A stretch of DNA of 47,596 nucleotides, from IMG/VR virus record IMGVR_UViG_3300030330_005988, positions 1-47,596 of that record. The stretch is one strand, 5' to 3'. The notes beneath the pieces were generated by a model. That model saw only the letters and a program-made list of their open reading frames with translations. It was not told the DNA's origin and searched no databases. The DNA is from a virus. Its lineage: Duplodnaviria > Caudoviricetes. The position numbers and the translations under genes were made by a program. Shown piece after piece: positions 35,255-45,473 of this stretch. The stretch's first letter is position 1. Every line of letters begins with the position of its first letter.

Positions 35255-35584
35255 CTACTCCACCGCACTTTGGTAGATTGCTTCATAATTGATAGGTACA
35301 AATACAACATCTCCATAAGAATAATGTGCGTCTGTTGGTTTGTTGTTGAAAAGTCCAATTATCCAAAATAAACTTTTATCACCATAATATGTGGCGGCTA
35401 ATTTATATAATTTGTCTCCATGTTTCCAGATATGCTCAACGACTGGTATCTCTTCGTTTAAAAAGTTTTTTGAAAACTGATTATTTTCATAGATAGTGAT
35501 ATTCTCCACATCTCTGATGTCAAGAATACTTTCTTTTTCTGATTTGTTTAAAGTTGTAGTTCTAAATTTCACATAAATTGGCAT
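35255..35584 (-). CDS. LysM-domain baseplate protein (gp53/gpX-like)
   Basis: HIWKHGDKLYKLAATYYGDKSLFWIIGLFN...GDVVFVP. Confidence 0.8.
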   Translation of the reverse strand: MPIYVKFRTTTLNKSEKESILDIRDVENITIYENNQFSKNFLNEEIPVVEHIWKHGDKLYKLAATYYGDKSLFWIIGLFNNKPTDAHYSYGDVVFVPINYEAIYQSAVE

Positions 35585-35587
35585 CTT

Positions 35588-36271
35588 TTATCTTCCTTTT
35601 TTCTTTTTCTTGTTGTAACTAACAGAATGCCCAAATAACGTGCCTGGGATTTTTGTTGCCTCGCCATATTCAATTGCATCGCTAGAATATCTGCCGCCAT
35701 ATGGCAAGCTATCTGTGTAATACTCAAGATTTAAATTAATTTTGTAATTTTTTGCAAACATCATCCCATCTTGATCAAAAAAGCCCATTTTGATATCTGG
35801 TTCATATGAAAAATCTCTTACAAAACAATGTGCGCCCCATTTTTCATCTTTTAGCCTGCTGAAAGCATTTTTGTTGGTGCCCTCACTACTAAGTTGAAAT
35901 TTTCCGGGCGCTTGATTGTGTATTAAGTTCGCAAATTTAACCCAAATATTGGTCCGCGCAGACTTATAGATATCAGGCATTATCATTCTAAGTAGTCTTT
36001 GAAATCTAATATGATTATCTTTAGCGTCATACCAATCCATAGAAGGAACATTGAAAGATAGGTTCACCTTTTTACTTTTTATTCCTTTTGTCTTGTAGAC
36101 TGGGCTACTCCAAAGAGCATCGTTCTTGTAAGCAGTGGAGTCTGTGTCAAATTTAATAGATTCGATAAAAGGTTTAAATTTAATTACAACATTGTTGTTT
36201 CCAATAATTATGTGGGATTTTGCGTATGATGTGTAATTCTCAGATCTATCTGTTGTTTTTGGCTTGCTCAT
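35588..36271 (-). CDS. Putative tail tube initiator / baseplate protein, paralogue 2
   Basis: Lies between tape measure and LysM genes; shares blocks with 36268-37014. Confidence 0.55.
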   Translation of the reverse strand: MSKPKTTDRSENYTSYAKSHIIIGNNNVVIKFKPFIESIKFDTDSTAYKNDALWSSPVYKTKGIKSKKVNLSFNVPSMDWYDAKDNHIRFQRLLRMIMPDIYKSARTNIWVKFANLIHNQAPGKFQLSSEGTNKNAFSRLKDEKWGAHCFVRDFSYEPDIKMGFFDQDGMMFAKNYKINLNLEYYTDSLPYGGRYSSDAIEYGEATKIPGTLFGHSVSYNKKKKKGR

Positions 36272-37014
36272 AATGTTTTAACTCCAAAAGGCCAATGGCC
36301 TTCGTATTTTTCTATCTCTGTGTCGACCTTACCATCTTCGGTGAATGGAGCAATAACTCTAAGATTTTCATCGATCCAGCTTGGTACATGCAATTCCAAA
36401 CTTAAAGAATAGGATTTTGGCCAAATTTTATCTTCGTATTCAAAATACCCTAATTCATTTTCTGGTTCGTATGAGACTTTTGTGTAATAACATTGAAGTC
36501 CATATTTTAATAAATCATCAAAATCTGCCATTCTGTGTTTTTTTTGATAATTTCCATTTTGTATTAAGTTACCCATAAGAACCACTTTTCTATTATCAGA
36601 CGGAAGAAAATCGCTTGAGGCTGTGGCGCCCTCGTCGGCCATGCCCCTGTTTAACCTCTCAAGGCCCCTCTCTAGCATTTCAACCCTGGTTGAATTGACC
36701 AAAGCATCATCTACTGATATCGAAGGAATTTTAAAGTCTAAGTTGTAAGTAAATCCTAGGTTTTTAGCAGTGATTACAGCTCCTTCATTTAATTTTTTTT
36801 CTTCCTGTTCGATACTTAATTTAATATTAAATTTTTCAATAAATGCTTTAAAAGCAACAGTAACTCTAGACTGCATATCTCCTATGTACAGAAGACTATT
36901 GGTATAATATGAATGATTAAAAGACCTGTCTGTGCCCAATGGGAAATTTCTGATTGGTGATGCTTGATACCAATTTAATACTTTTATTTGGTCCTTGTAT
37001 GTATTTGTTGCCAT
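36268..37014 (-). CDS. Putative tail tube initiator / baseplate protein, paralogue 1
   Basis: FKAFIEKF, LDFKIPS, GNLIQN, SYEPENELGYF, PKSYSLSLEL. Confidence 0.55.
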   Translation of the reverse strand: MATNTYKDQIKVLNWYQASPIRNFPLGTDRSFNHSYYTNSLLYIGDMQSRVTVAFKAFIEKFNIKLSIEQEEKKLNEGAVITAKNLGFTYNLDFKIPSISVDDALVNSTRVEMLERGLERLNRGMADEGATASSDFLPSDNRKVVLMGNLIQNGNYQKKHRMADFDDLLKYGLQCYYTKVSYEPENELGYFEYEDKIWPKSYSLSLELHVPSWIDENLRVIAPFTEDGKVDTEIEKYEGHWPFGVKTL

Positions 37015-37015
37015 G

Positions 37016-39601
37016 CTATGTTGTCCTTGTTATTTCTTTTCTAATAATATCTTTTAATTCTTCATCCCCAATAAATACTTTTACTGTAATTTTGGGCATA
37101 TTCACTTCTGGTGTTTTTACTTCGACTTCAATCTTGCTATTCTTAAATAGTTTTGCAATTGCAACCCCTTTGCCCATAACAATTGATGAAGAGTCACTTG
37201 AAATAGAACCAGCAAACAACCCATCACCACCCAAAGATGATTTTAAAGATGCAACAGAAGACCTAAGGTTTGATAAACCAGTACCCAATCTCTCCATACC
37301 AGTTCCTATTTTTAATATCTCATCACCTGCACCAAACATATCTGCGAAAGAAGCACCTGTTAGTTTGAATATCAACAACATGGCTGTTAAAGCACCAAGA
37401 CCAAGAAGAATACCGGCTGCGCCAAATGTTGCCATGTTTCCTAGGAACACAAACGCAAAACCCAACGCTATCAATGAACCAACAACTGTCGGTAGCGCGC
37501 TGACTCCGTTGATCATAACTTCAAAGAGACCAGTGATAGAGTCAACAACTGCTGAGATCCCGTAGAACATAAGAGCAAATGCTCCAGCCAATAGTGCCAA
37601 CACCACCGCTGCTAGCAAAGCCTGTCCTTTGACAGTATCAAGGGCTTTCCCCATCAGAAAAATTGCACCCGCTATTACAAATGGCATCATCCAGAAAGCA
37701 GGAGAACCAGTCATTAAAAATACGGCCATCAATCCTGCAAGAACCGTTGCTAAAATTGCTGCTTTTTTAGATGCACTCATTTGAGCAAATCCATTAGCTA
37801 TCCAACCGGCTGTATTTTTTTGGACTATCGCTGTCTCTACTGATTTAGCTGCATTCCCAGTGGCACTTGCTGCTATTTGTGCGTTTGACGCTGCTATTGC
37901 TTGCAGAGTTGCTGCTGTTTGTGCTTGCATGGCTCTTGTCTGATATATTGTTGCCGCAGCCATGATCATTGTGTAACCTTTTGCAACAATCAATAATGGT
38001 AGAATAACTCTCCAATTCTCAATAAAAAACTTTAAGACTCCAATACCAGCTTTAATGGCACCGACAAAAGCATTGATTGTCCCTCCATCACTGGCTAGTT
38101 CATCAAATGCTCTGGAGAGTTGCACACCAAGAGGAACGAGTTTTTCCATCGCAGACGCTAGTTTTTTTTGTATCTCTTCCTCTTGTCTTTGCAGTTCAAC
38201 TCTTTCTTCCATTTTTGATGGATCAGACTGCAGGTCTGCCATCATCTCCGCAACGGATGTATAACCCATTGCTTCTGCTGTAAAAAGTCTTTGAGCGGTT
38301 GTCATATTTTCAACACCACCAGTTGCCATATTAATTTGAGTTCTCAATTCTCTCATTCTTTCGGCAGGATTCATCGTCATAAGTGCCATTGAGCTTAAAC
38401 TGGTTCCCAAAACAGCATTCATTGTTGCTGCTTTTTTTGCGCCATCTGCAAATTTATCAAATGACTGTGTGATCTTTATCATCGAGTCAACAGCAACACC
38501 ACTTGCGGCAGCTTGTATTTGCAGATCTTTTAAAGCCTCAACACCTTCTTCGCCAAAAGCGATAAGATAATCCATAGACTTTGCAAATTGCGCTGAGAGC
38601 TCTTCGGCTGATACCCCCAAAGCGTCTGCTCGTATAGCGATATCTTGTAAAGTGTTTGCTATCTGTGGTCCGGAGGCCTTCATTGTTTTAAGCATGAATT
38701 CTTGATTTTTTGTTGTGACATCTGAACTAACACCTAGTCTGTTCAAAACAATAGCGGATTCTGCGAGACCGTCTCGCAAATCTTTATTAGCAACATTGAC
38801 GCCTTTGATGTTTTTTATCATAGCTGTGTATGTTTCATTTGATTCTTTTATTGTCATTCCGTATTGCGCTGAGATTTCATAAAGGCTTGTCATTTCTGAT
38901 TCAAAGTCCCTAGAAAAACCTGTTGCCAAACGCAAGTTTGCTGCTGCATCCCCGAAAGCCATGGCATTTTTTATTAACTTATCAAAAACATTTGCAACCA
39001 TATTTAAAGGATTGAAAAGCTCCAGCGCACCATCTGCCATTAAAGAAAAGGCCTTCGCAGGGTCTTTAAGTTTAGCCGCAGTCGCAACAAAACCTATGAA
39101 CTGCCCAGACATTGTTTTTGAAGCATCTGCTACAATACCCATCTTTGACGCCAAACTACTGGTAACGTCGGCTATTTTTTCAGAAAATTCAGATGCAAGT
39201 TTTTGCTGACCGCGAAATTCTTGAACCAACTTTACCGCTTCTTTGTAACCAGTATTGCCTTTAGCTAAAGCTTGATTTAGCAATTCTTGTTGTTTTTGGT
39301 TAAGTTTTGTATCTTCTAAAATCGTATCCATATAGTTTTGTAAATTACCATATTTCTTTTCGATTTCTTCTAGTGTTATTTTACCTTTAGCTAATCGGTC
39401 CAATTGTGTTTCAAGCGTTCCGAGTCTGATATTTTCAATTTCTAAAAGTTTTTGTGTTGCTTGTAAAGAGTTCCCTATTATCTCTTGAATTTCACGCTGG
39501 TTTTGCTTTAATTTTTCTTGAGTCTTAAGTTGTTCGACGGCTGATTGAGCTATCCCACCGGCCGTGAGGCCTTCTACATTTCCACCACCTTCACCTGACA
39601 T
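37016..39601 (-). CDS. Tape measure protein
   Basis: 861 aa, Ala-rich and helical with hydrophobic segments; follows the tube and chaperone genes. Confidence 0.85.
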   Translation of the reverse strand: MSGEGGGNVEGLTAGGIAQSAVEQLKTQEKLKQNQREIQEIIGNSLQATQKLLEIENIRLGTLETQLDRLAKGKITLEEIEKKYGNLQNYMDTILEDTKLNQKQQELLNQALAKGNTGYKEAVKLVQEFRGQQKLASEFSEKIADVTSSLASKMGIVADASKTMSGQFIGFVATAAKLKDPAKAFSLMADGALELFNPLNMVANVFDKLIKNAMAFGDAAANLRLATGFSRDFESEMTSLYEISAQYGMTIKESNETYTAMIKNIKGVNVANKDLRDGLAESAIVLNRLGVSSDVTTKNQEFMLKTMKASGPQIANTLQDIAIRADALGVSAEELSAQFAKSMDYLIAFGEEGVEALKDLQIQAAASGVAVDSMIKITQSFDKFADGAKKAATMNAVLGTSLSSMALMTMNPAERMRELRTQINMATGGVENMTTAQRLFTAEAMGYTSVAEMMADLQSDPSKMEERVELQRQEEEIQKKLASAMEKLVPLGVQLSRAFDELASDGGTINAFVGAIKAGIGVLKFFIENWRVILPLLIVAKGYTMIMAAATIYQTRAMQAQTAATLQAIAASNAQIAASATGNAAKSVETAIVQKNTAGWIANGFAQMSASKKAAILATVLAGLMAVFLMTGSPAFWMMPFVIAGAIFLMGKALDTVKGQALLAAVVLALLAGAFALMFYGISAVVDSITGLFEVMINGVSALPTVVGSLIALGFAFVFLGNMATFGAAGILLGLGALTAMLLIFKLTGASFADMFGAGDEILKIGTGMERLGTGLSNLRSSVASLKSSLGGDGLFAGSISSDSSSIVMGKGVAIAKLFKNSKIEVEVKTPEVNMPKITVKVFIGDEELKDIIRKEITRTT

Positions 39602-39653
39602 TATTGAAGTCTCCTATCAAAAATCAACTTTTTTTTATCGATCCATTTGCTAA

Positions 39654-39661
39654 TAATTAGT
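39654..39661 (-). promoter_or_regulatory. Candidate late promoter (ACTAATTA)
   Basis: Intergenic, upstream of the tape measure gene. Confidence 0.55.
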
Positions 39662-39694
39662 TTTTCAAAAAAAATGAAAGCTAAAAGGGTCCAT

Positions 39695-39881
39695 TTACCT
39701 CTTAGCTTTTTCATATTCTTCTTTTTCTTTCTCGTATTCTTTAACTGTTCTTTCAAGCCACCACTTTCTCAAGCCAACGGGCAGTGAATACATCTCGGAT
39801 AAAGACCATCCACCATAATGCTTTAAATTAAAGAACACCTCATACACGTTTTGCATGTATTCAGGAGTCAGGCCAAAAAAA
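39695..39881 (-). CDS. Tail assembly chaperone extension (gpT-like), probably reached by frameshift
   Basis: FFGLTPEYMQNVYEVFFNLKHYGGWSLSEMYSLPVGLRKWWLER...; no SD before its internal ATG; overlaps the upstream gene at a T7 run. Confidence 0.7.
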
Positions 39882-40685
39882 GTCCGTATTAAACGGCACC
39901 TCCATTTCCTGCTCATAGTCACAAGAAACACACTCAAATTCTTTAAATACTTTAATGTTGGGGGAGAGTGCATCATAACATTTTCTAAGCCATCTAGACT
40001 CAAAAGCCGTCACATTACTAACAAAATACTCTATAAATTCAGGCCCAGAGTGACCATTTACTGACTTCACAAACATTTTCATTTGAGCAGAAATCATTTC
40101 ATCATTTTTTGAATTTTTGCCCATCATTTTCATTAACTTTGTCTCGTCTTTTCCATTTAAAAGCCTCAACTCAACTTTGATGTTTGATTTTGGTGTGTTC
40201 ACAAAGTATGTGCCGTTTTCTGTTTCTTCAACTTCATAGTCTGATACATCAGATACTGAAATTTTTGAGTCATTTAGGTCAAATGAAACTTTTTGTGATG
40301 CTGCACATGCTGGACACTGAACTTTTGTATCATAAATGTTACCATAAGCCGAAGACCTTGCTGCAATAATAATTGCATTTCTATCTCCAACCAAAATTGT
40401 TTCTGATGATATCGCTTTATTCACAACAAGGTTGTCAATAAGTCTTTCCAGAGCAATACCTTTTTTAAGCAGTGATCTGGATGTAAGAATATCTTCATCT
40501 TTTGCGGTCATGTACCTAATTTCTATCGTCTCTTGATCTTTTAATGGATGTCCTGTTGGATATCCAATACCACCCGAAGGTAGTTCAACAAATTCTGTTG
40601 GGACGACAAAATCCAATACGGATGCTGGATCAACAGTTTCTGTTTGTCTTCTAGATTTTACTCTATCTTCATTATTTCTTCTCAT
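39861..40685 (-). CDS. Tail assembly chaperone / T4 gp26-like hub assembly protein
   Basis: VELPSGG, IRYMTAKDEDIL, GDRNAIIIAAR, CPAC and CVSC pairs; ends DFFWPDS. Confidence 0.75.
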   Translation of the reverse strand: MRRNNEDRVKSRRQTETVDPASVLDFVVPTEFVELPSGGIGYPTGHPLKDQETIEIRYMTAKDEDILTSRSLLKKGIALERLIDNLVVNKAISSETILVGDRNAIIIAARSSAYGNIYDTKVQCPACAASQKVSFDLNDSKISVSDVSDYEVEETENGTYFVNTPKSNIKVELRLLNGKDETKLMKMMGKNSKNDEMISAQMKMFVKSVNGHSGPEFIEYFVSNVTAFESRWLRKCYDALSPNIKVFKEFECVSCDYEQEMEVPFNTDFFWPDS

Positions 40686-40694
40686 TAATACCTC

Positions 40695-41456
40695 TTAGTT
40701 ATTATTATTATTGTTTTTCGGGCCCCATAAATTATTAAATCCTACATGTGCTTGATAATCTATTCCTACTTCATTCACGGTTTTACCCATTAAATCTCTT
40801 CTTATAACAGCCCAATCATAAACAACTTCTAGTTCACATTCAACGGGATCATCTGAGGAGTAGTCTAAATCTCCCCATGATATTGTTTTTATCAATGGGT
40901 TAATTATCTCCCACACTTCATTTACTTTTACTTCGGATCCATGGGTGTAAATTTGCACAATTTGAATTTTTTGTTTTGTTGAACTTGCTCCGTCAAAATC
41001 TGCCACATCACGTAATCCTTTTCCAAAAGAATTTGCAATTGTTGAAGATTTTTCTGGGGTTGATATTGATCTGAATGTCCCTTTGGTGCCAATTTTGTGG
41101 CCAAATTTATCTGTGAATGAAGGATCTTTATTAACATCTTCATCGTTGAATGGAATTCTATAGCCCGAATTGTTCAGCACTTGAAATAGAAAAGCCGATG
41201 TATCAAAACTTTCCTTGCCAGCACCAGCCATACCATTCATATCAACAAATTTAATAGTTATTGGTTGCCATGTGCCATTTCCGGGATAATGAAATTTATG
41301 ATTTAACAATTGATAATCCTTTACTTCAAAATCAATCTTTGGCTTTGTGATAGATTTCACATTCGGCAAAAAAAAGCCCGAACCAAAAGAAACCAAAAAC
41401 TGACTTTTTATCTTTGGTTGTATTGAAAGCTCTTTTTTGCCGTTCCACCAGGCCAC
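40695..41456 (-). CDS. Tail tube-like protein (gp19 family), second copy
   Basis: KSITKPK, YPGNGTWQPITIKFVD, WEIINPLIK, WGDLDYSSDD, YDWA. Confidence 0.8.
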   Translation of the reverse strand: MAWWNGKKELSIQPKIKSQFLVSFGSGFFLPNVKSITKPKIDFEVKDYQLLNHKFHYPGNGTWQPITIKFVDMNGMAGAGKESFDTSAFLFQVLNNSGYRIPFNDEDVNKDPSFTDKFGHKIGTKGTFRSISTPEKSSTIANSFGKGLRDVADFDGASSTKQKIQIVQIYTHGSEVKVNEVWEIINPLIKTISWGDLDYSSDDPVECELEVVYDWAVIRRDLMGKTVNEVGIDYQAHVGFNNLWGPKNNNNNN

Positions 41457-41458
41457 TA

Positions 41459-42019
41459 TTATGTTCCTGCGAAGAACGTACTCTCTAGGTTTCCGCCATT
41501 AGAGAAAGTTTCACATTTAGCCCAATCATATCTTAATTCCAGATCAATCGTTGATAAATCATCATTTTCATAATCCAAATCAGAAAATGCAACTTTTTTG
41601 ATGAATGGATTAAAAAGAGTCCACTGTTCAGTATTATTTCCATCTCCATCAATTTGAAGTATCTGAACGTTTCCAAGGGCAGCAGTTGATTTTGGTTTAT
41701 TCATTGTAATTACATCACCTGGGGCTTCTGGGGCACCATCGTATCCTGAATTTTCAATGGTTTCATTTATTGCTTTTAGCGCACCGGGAGTAACTGGATC
41801 TACCAAGGTCATTGATATTGCTTGCCATTCCAATTTCCCGGGATAGTAGAATGTATGTCCAAGATAAACATGTTTTCCTTCTGCTACCGTGAAATTTGGT
41901 TTGTTAATTTTTTTTGCCCACCAAACATGGGTTTCAGTTCCCATAATTCCAGTAAATAAAACTTTAAATCTAAAGTTTCTTTTGGGGTCTTGATTGCCGG
42001 GTGTGTTCCAAAATGCCAT
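41459..42019 (-). CDS. Major tail tube protein (T4 gp19-like)
   Basis: DPKRNFRF, YYPGKLEWQAISMTLVDP, WTLFNPFI, DLDYENDD, LRYDWA; follows the sheath gene. Confidence 0.88.
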   Translation of the reverse strand: MAFWNTPGNQDPKRNFRFKVLFTGIMGTETHVWWAKKINKPNFTVAEGKHVYLGHTFYYPGKLEWQAISMTLVDPVTPGALKAINETIENSGYDGAPEAPGDVITMNKPKSTAALGNVQILQIDGDGNNTEQWTLFNPFIKKVAFSDLDYENDDLSTIDLELRYDWAKCETFSNGGNLESTFFAGT

Positions 42020-42043
42020 TATTAATTTCTCCTATTACTTTAA

Positions 42044-42051
42044 TAATTAGT
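42044..42051 (-). promoter_or_regulatory. Candidate late promoter (ACTAATTA)
   Basis: Between the sheath and tube genes. Confidence 0.6.
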
Positions 42052-42055
42052 TACT

Positions 42056-45000
42056 CTAAGTAAAATCAACGCCTGATCTGGTGATTACAAAGTCGACTGC
42101 GATAAACTCGATTGCTCTTGCTGGTTTCAAAAGGATTTTAGCATACATGATATTTCTATCAACTAAATCTGGTGTTGTGGTTGTCTCATCAAGAACCAAT
42201 TTAAATTGTGTTAATCCGAATTTGGTCTTTACATCTGTTAAGATTGGAGTAACTTGTGATCTGAACCTTCCCCAAGTTGCTTCAACATTTGCATCAAACA
42301 AGAGATTTTTTGCAACTTTTCCAATTTCTGCTTTAAGGAATATCATCAAACGACGAACATTAATTCTGTCCAAAGCAGATGGGGTCTGTTGAAGTGTTTT
42401 CTGACCGAACACAACCACACCTTCATTCGGGAATGTAGCGATTGGGTTGATATTAACTTCATACAATTTATCTCGCTCTGAGACATCAAGGCGTTGTCTT
42501 GCTTGAATAACGGTTGGACCAGAAGATCCACCAAGGCTTCCTAAACCACCTCGGTTAAATCCAGCAGGGGCAAACCAAAGCTCAGATGCAGCCTCAGATT
42601 GAGCAATCGCTCCAAGACCAGCCACTGATGAAGGAACCCAGACACGCTCTCCGTTGTTTAAATTATCTCTAATTTGAACTGCTGGGTAATAAGCCGCTGC
42701 ATAACTTGAATTGATCGCTCTGCTCTTAATATTAGAAATTGTATCAACAACAGAGCCAAGTCTTTGTGATTGAGAATCTCGTGATTCAAATGATGGAGTG
42801 TAGTCCCCAATCAAGTCAATCACCGCCAACATATCTTTGCGTGATTGCGCTGTGGCGATCACCTTGTCTGTAATGTGAGTGTTTTTAATCCCAGGTATTG
42901 CAAGAAGTGAAGCGGGAACAGCTTCTTCATCAGACACAGAATCCAATGCTTTATTCAAAGAATAAACAAGATAGTTTGTTGTATCTGCTGTTGTTGCCTG
43001 GATGTCATCAAAGTTAAAAGATTCTTTCTCTTTAATATTGAGACCATCAAACCCACCAAACAATGGAACCACAAACTGCTTGACATCTTTGTCCAAGAGA
43101 GCAGAGAAGCCATTTGTCGCTGTGTAGCTTTTGTTGCTACTGGCTTGTCGAGAACCTGAAGCGTATGTAACTGAGTTTGTTGTCGTATCAATCTTGATAT
43201 CATCTAGAGAGAAAACAAACGAATAATCAAATCCACTATCTGTAACATTGTGCGCCTGAGTCCTGTAATAGGACGGAAGCATTCTTACATAATCACAATA
43301 GTCTTCATCGTTCAGAGTAGAATTTGCATCAACTTTTGGTCTTACACCAAAATAAACTTTGTATGGATTTGCAGAGAAACCATCAGACCCATTAACTCGC
43401 AATGGAATTGAAGGCCAAGTAAATTTGACCGCTTCAATGTTTCCAAGCTTAATAGCATCTCCACCAGATCCAATAGGAACTGAGTCTGCGCCTTTCGCGA
43501 AAGAACCAGTAAATTCAGTGCCTAGGTCAAGCGATTTAATGTTTGGATCTCCAACAACAGCGCCAAAGCCTTTTGGCATTCCCGGTCCGTAAAAACCAGC
43601 AGGTAACGCAGCAGCATCATAATTTTGTTCTTCATCGTACATCTTGATGCGAATATAGTCAGACATGTTCGGATGATTACCATAAGAACGATAACGACGG
43701 TCTGATTCGCTCCATTCCATGTACATGTCACCAATACGAACAGCCACAAAATTTGGAGAGTTTGGATCAAGGTTACACCCAGAATATTTTTCAAGAGTTC
43801 CACCATTCATATCCATAACTTTAACTGTAAATGTACCATATGCATAGATACCAGAGTTTGTTGCTAATTTAAGATCTTCGATTGCGACCATGATAGACTT
43901 CTGTATTTCTTCACCAGCGTGTAATGATTCAAAACGGAAGAGTTTTGTCATATTTCTAGCATCGTAATCAGAAGCAGTTTTGCGGTCGTAATCAATAAGC
44001 CAACCAGACTTTGCTTCTTGTGAGCCAACTCTGTGATAAGACCAGTTACTTTTAGCAGCAGATGCATCATTTCCTTTTTGAAGAGGAAGAAGTACACCAT
44101 ATTGTTCATGCTTTGTTGTTGTTGTTACTTTTGATTTGAGATGTCTTTCGAAAGACTCGCCCAGCCAATAAGTTTTGAGATCGTCTGAATCTGTCACGCC
44201 ACTGTTAACTTTTTGTGGGTTTGTGTTGAATTTTTGACGAATGTAGTCTTTGGAGTTTCTATCAAAGTTAAATGAGATTTGATCTCCAGCAATACCTGCG
44301 GAGTCATAAACCTGAAGTGTAAAACCTAGGTTATCTTGATTTGATTCAATAATTGTTTCTGCTTTTGTTTGAGCGGTCAATCCAGCACCGTCAGTACCAA
44401 CTAGCCCCAAGTATCCACTATCAACATAGAAGATAGCAGCAAGAGCACCTTCACCAGCCGCCACTGTTGCGGCAAGAGCAGAAGGGGATGAATTGACGTT
44501 ATTATTCAAAAGCTCTTTTGCCACCGATATATTACCACTACCATCGGACTCAACACCGAGACCAGCAATGTGACCATTTCCTTTGGTCTCGGTCATTACA
44601 AGACTAACTGTTGTGTCTAGGTTGTATATTTTAAGAGTGGCTCCTAGGTTGTCAATTGTAACGTTAGAAATATATCCATTCGTTACAGCTAATTCATAAG
44701 CTCTTTCTATTTGAGCCATTATTTCTGTGATGTTACCACTAGTGTTGTTACACCCTGCGGTAATAAGAGGTACGCCGTTTGAACCTCCGTCGGCATTAGC
44801 TGAAACCGCTGTTACGTCGGCTGTTTCATCAAATGTTATTTCAAATTTAAGACCTTGACCAGCATTTTCGGCTTCATGAAGCGTAGCAGTTGGAGATCCC
44901 TGAATGATTCTGAGCAAAATATTGCCGGTATTACCAATATTATCAGCGTTAAAAAATGCACCTACTTGAAGCGTAATAGCAGTTGCGTCGGCCCCTTTCG

Positions 45001-45442
45001 ACTTATCAATAACAAACAAACCATATGCTGTTGAGTTATCAGCATCAGTTGAACTTGGAATAGAAGCAGAAAGTTGCCAACCAGCATTACCAGTTGTTCC
45101 CGTTGCTTGCGGGTGTTCGTCTCCGAGCAATCTTACGACATTAACAGGAGAGGTTTCTGATGCTAACCATGCTTGAGCAGCATATGCAGCATAAGTTGGA
45201 GCGGACAACTGGGGTCCGTCTCTCCACACATCACCTTGAAGTGAAGAGCCACCAGGTACAGGGTTTCCATAAACCGAAATGAAATCATTCAGTGAACGTA
45301 TCTTTACCGGCTTCATTCCCGGTCCTTTCCTAAATCGTCCAATGATGACAGGGCCATCTGCATCAACCTCGTTTGGTAAAATAGATTGGTCAACCTCTGT
45401 TATTTCAATACCGGGTGACAAAAAATCAAATTTTCTAGGCAT
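42056..45442 (-). CDS. Tail sheath protein (T4 gp18-like)
   Basis: FLSPGIEITEVD, WFAPAGFNRG, INPIATFP, FGQKTL, LDRINVRRL, KPARAIEFI. Confidence 0.96.
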   Translation of the reverse strand: MPRKFDFLSPGIEITEVDQSILPNEVDADGPVIIGRFRKGPGMKPVKIRSLNDFISVYGNPVPGGSSLQGDVWRDGPQLSAPTYAAYAAQAWLASETSPVNVVRLLGDEHPQATGTTGNAGWQLSASIPSSTDADNSTAYGLFVIDKSKGADATAITLQVGAFFNADNIGNTGNILLRIIQGSPTATLHEAENAGQGLKFEITFDETADVTAVSANADGGSNGVPLITAGCNNTSGNITEIMAQIERAYELAVTNGYISNVTIDNLGATLKIYNLDTTVSLVMTETKGNGHIAGLGVESDGSGNISVAKELLNNNVNSSPSALAATVAAGEGALAAIFYVDSGYLGLVGTDGAGLTAQTKAETIIESNQDNLGFTLQVYDSAGIAGDQISFNFDRNSKDYIRQKFNTNPQKVNSGVTDSDDLKTYWLGESFERHLKSKVTTTTKHEQYGVLLPLQKGNDASAAKSNWSYHRVGSQEAKSGWLIDYDRKTASDYDARNMTKLFRFESLHAGEEIQKSIMVAIEDLKLATNSGIYAYGTFTVKVMDMNGGTLEKYSGCNLDPNSPNFVAVRIGDMYMEWSESDRRYRSYGNHPNMSDYIRIKMYDEEQNYDAAALPAGFYGPGMPKGFGAVVGDPNIKSLDLGTEFTGSFAKGADSVPIGSGGDAIKLGNIEAVKFTWPSIPLRVNGSDGFSANPYKVYFGVRPKVDANSTLNDEDYCDYVRMLPSYYRTQAHNVTDSGFDYSFVFSLDDIKIDTTTNSVTYASGSRQASSNKSYTATNGFSALLDKDVKQFVVPLFGGFDGLNIKEKESFNFDDIQATTADTTNYLVYSLNKALDSVSDEEAVPASLLAIPGIKNTHITDKVIATAQSRKDMLAVIDLIGDYTPSFESRDSQSQRLGSVVDTISNIKSRAINSSYAAAYYPAVQIRDNLNNGERVWVPSSVAGLGAIAQSEAASELWFAPAGFNRGGLGSLGGSSGPTVIQARQRLDVSERDKLYEVNINPIATFPNEGVVVFGQKTLQQTPSALDRINVRRLMIFLKAEIGKVAKNLLFDANVEATWGRFRSQVTPILTDVKTKFGLTQFKLVLDETTTTPDLVDRNIMYAKILLKPARAIEFIAVDFVITRSGVDFT

Positions 45443-45473
45443 TAATAATTCTCCTTTAAAATATTATTCTCAA

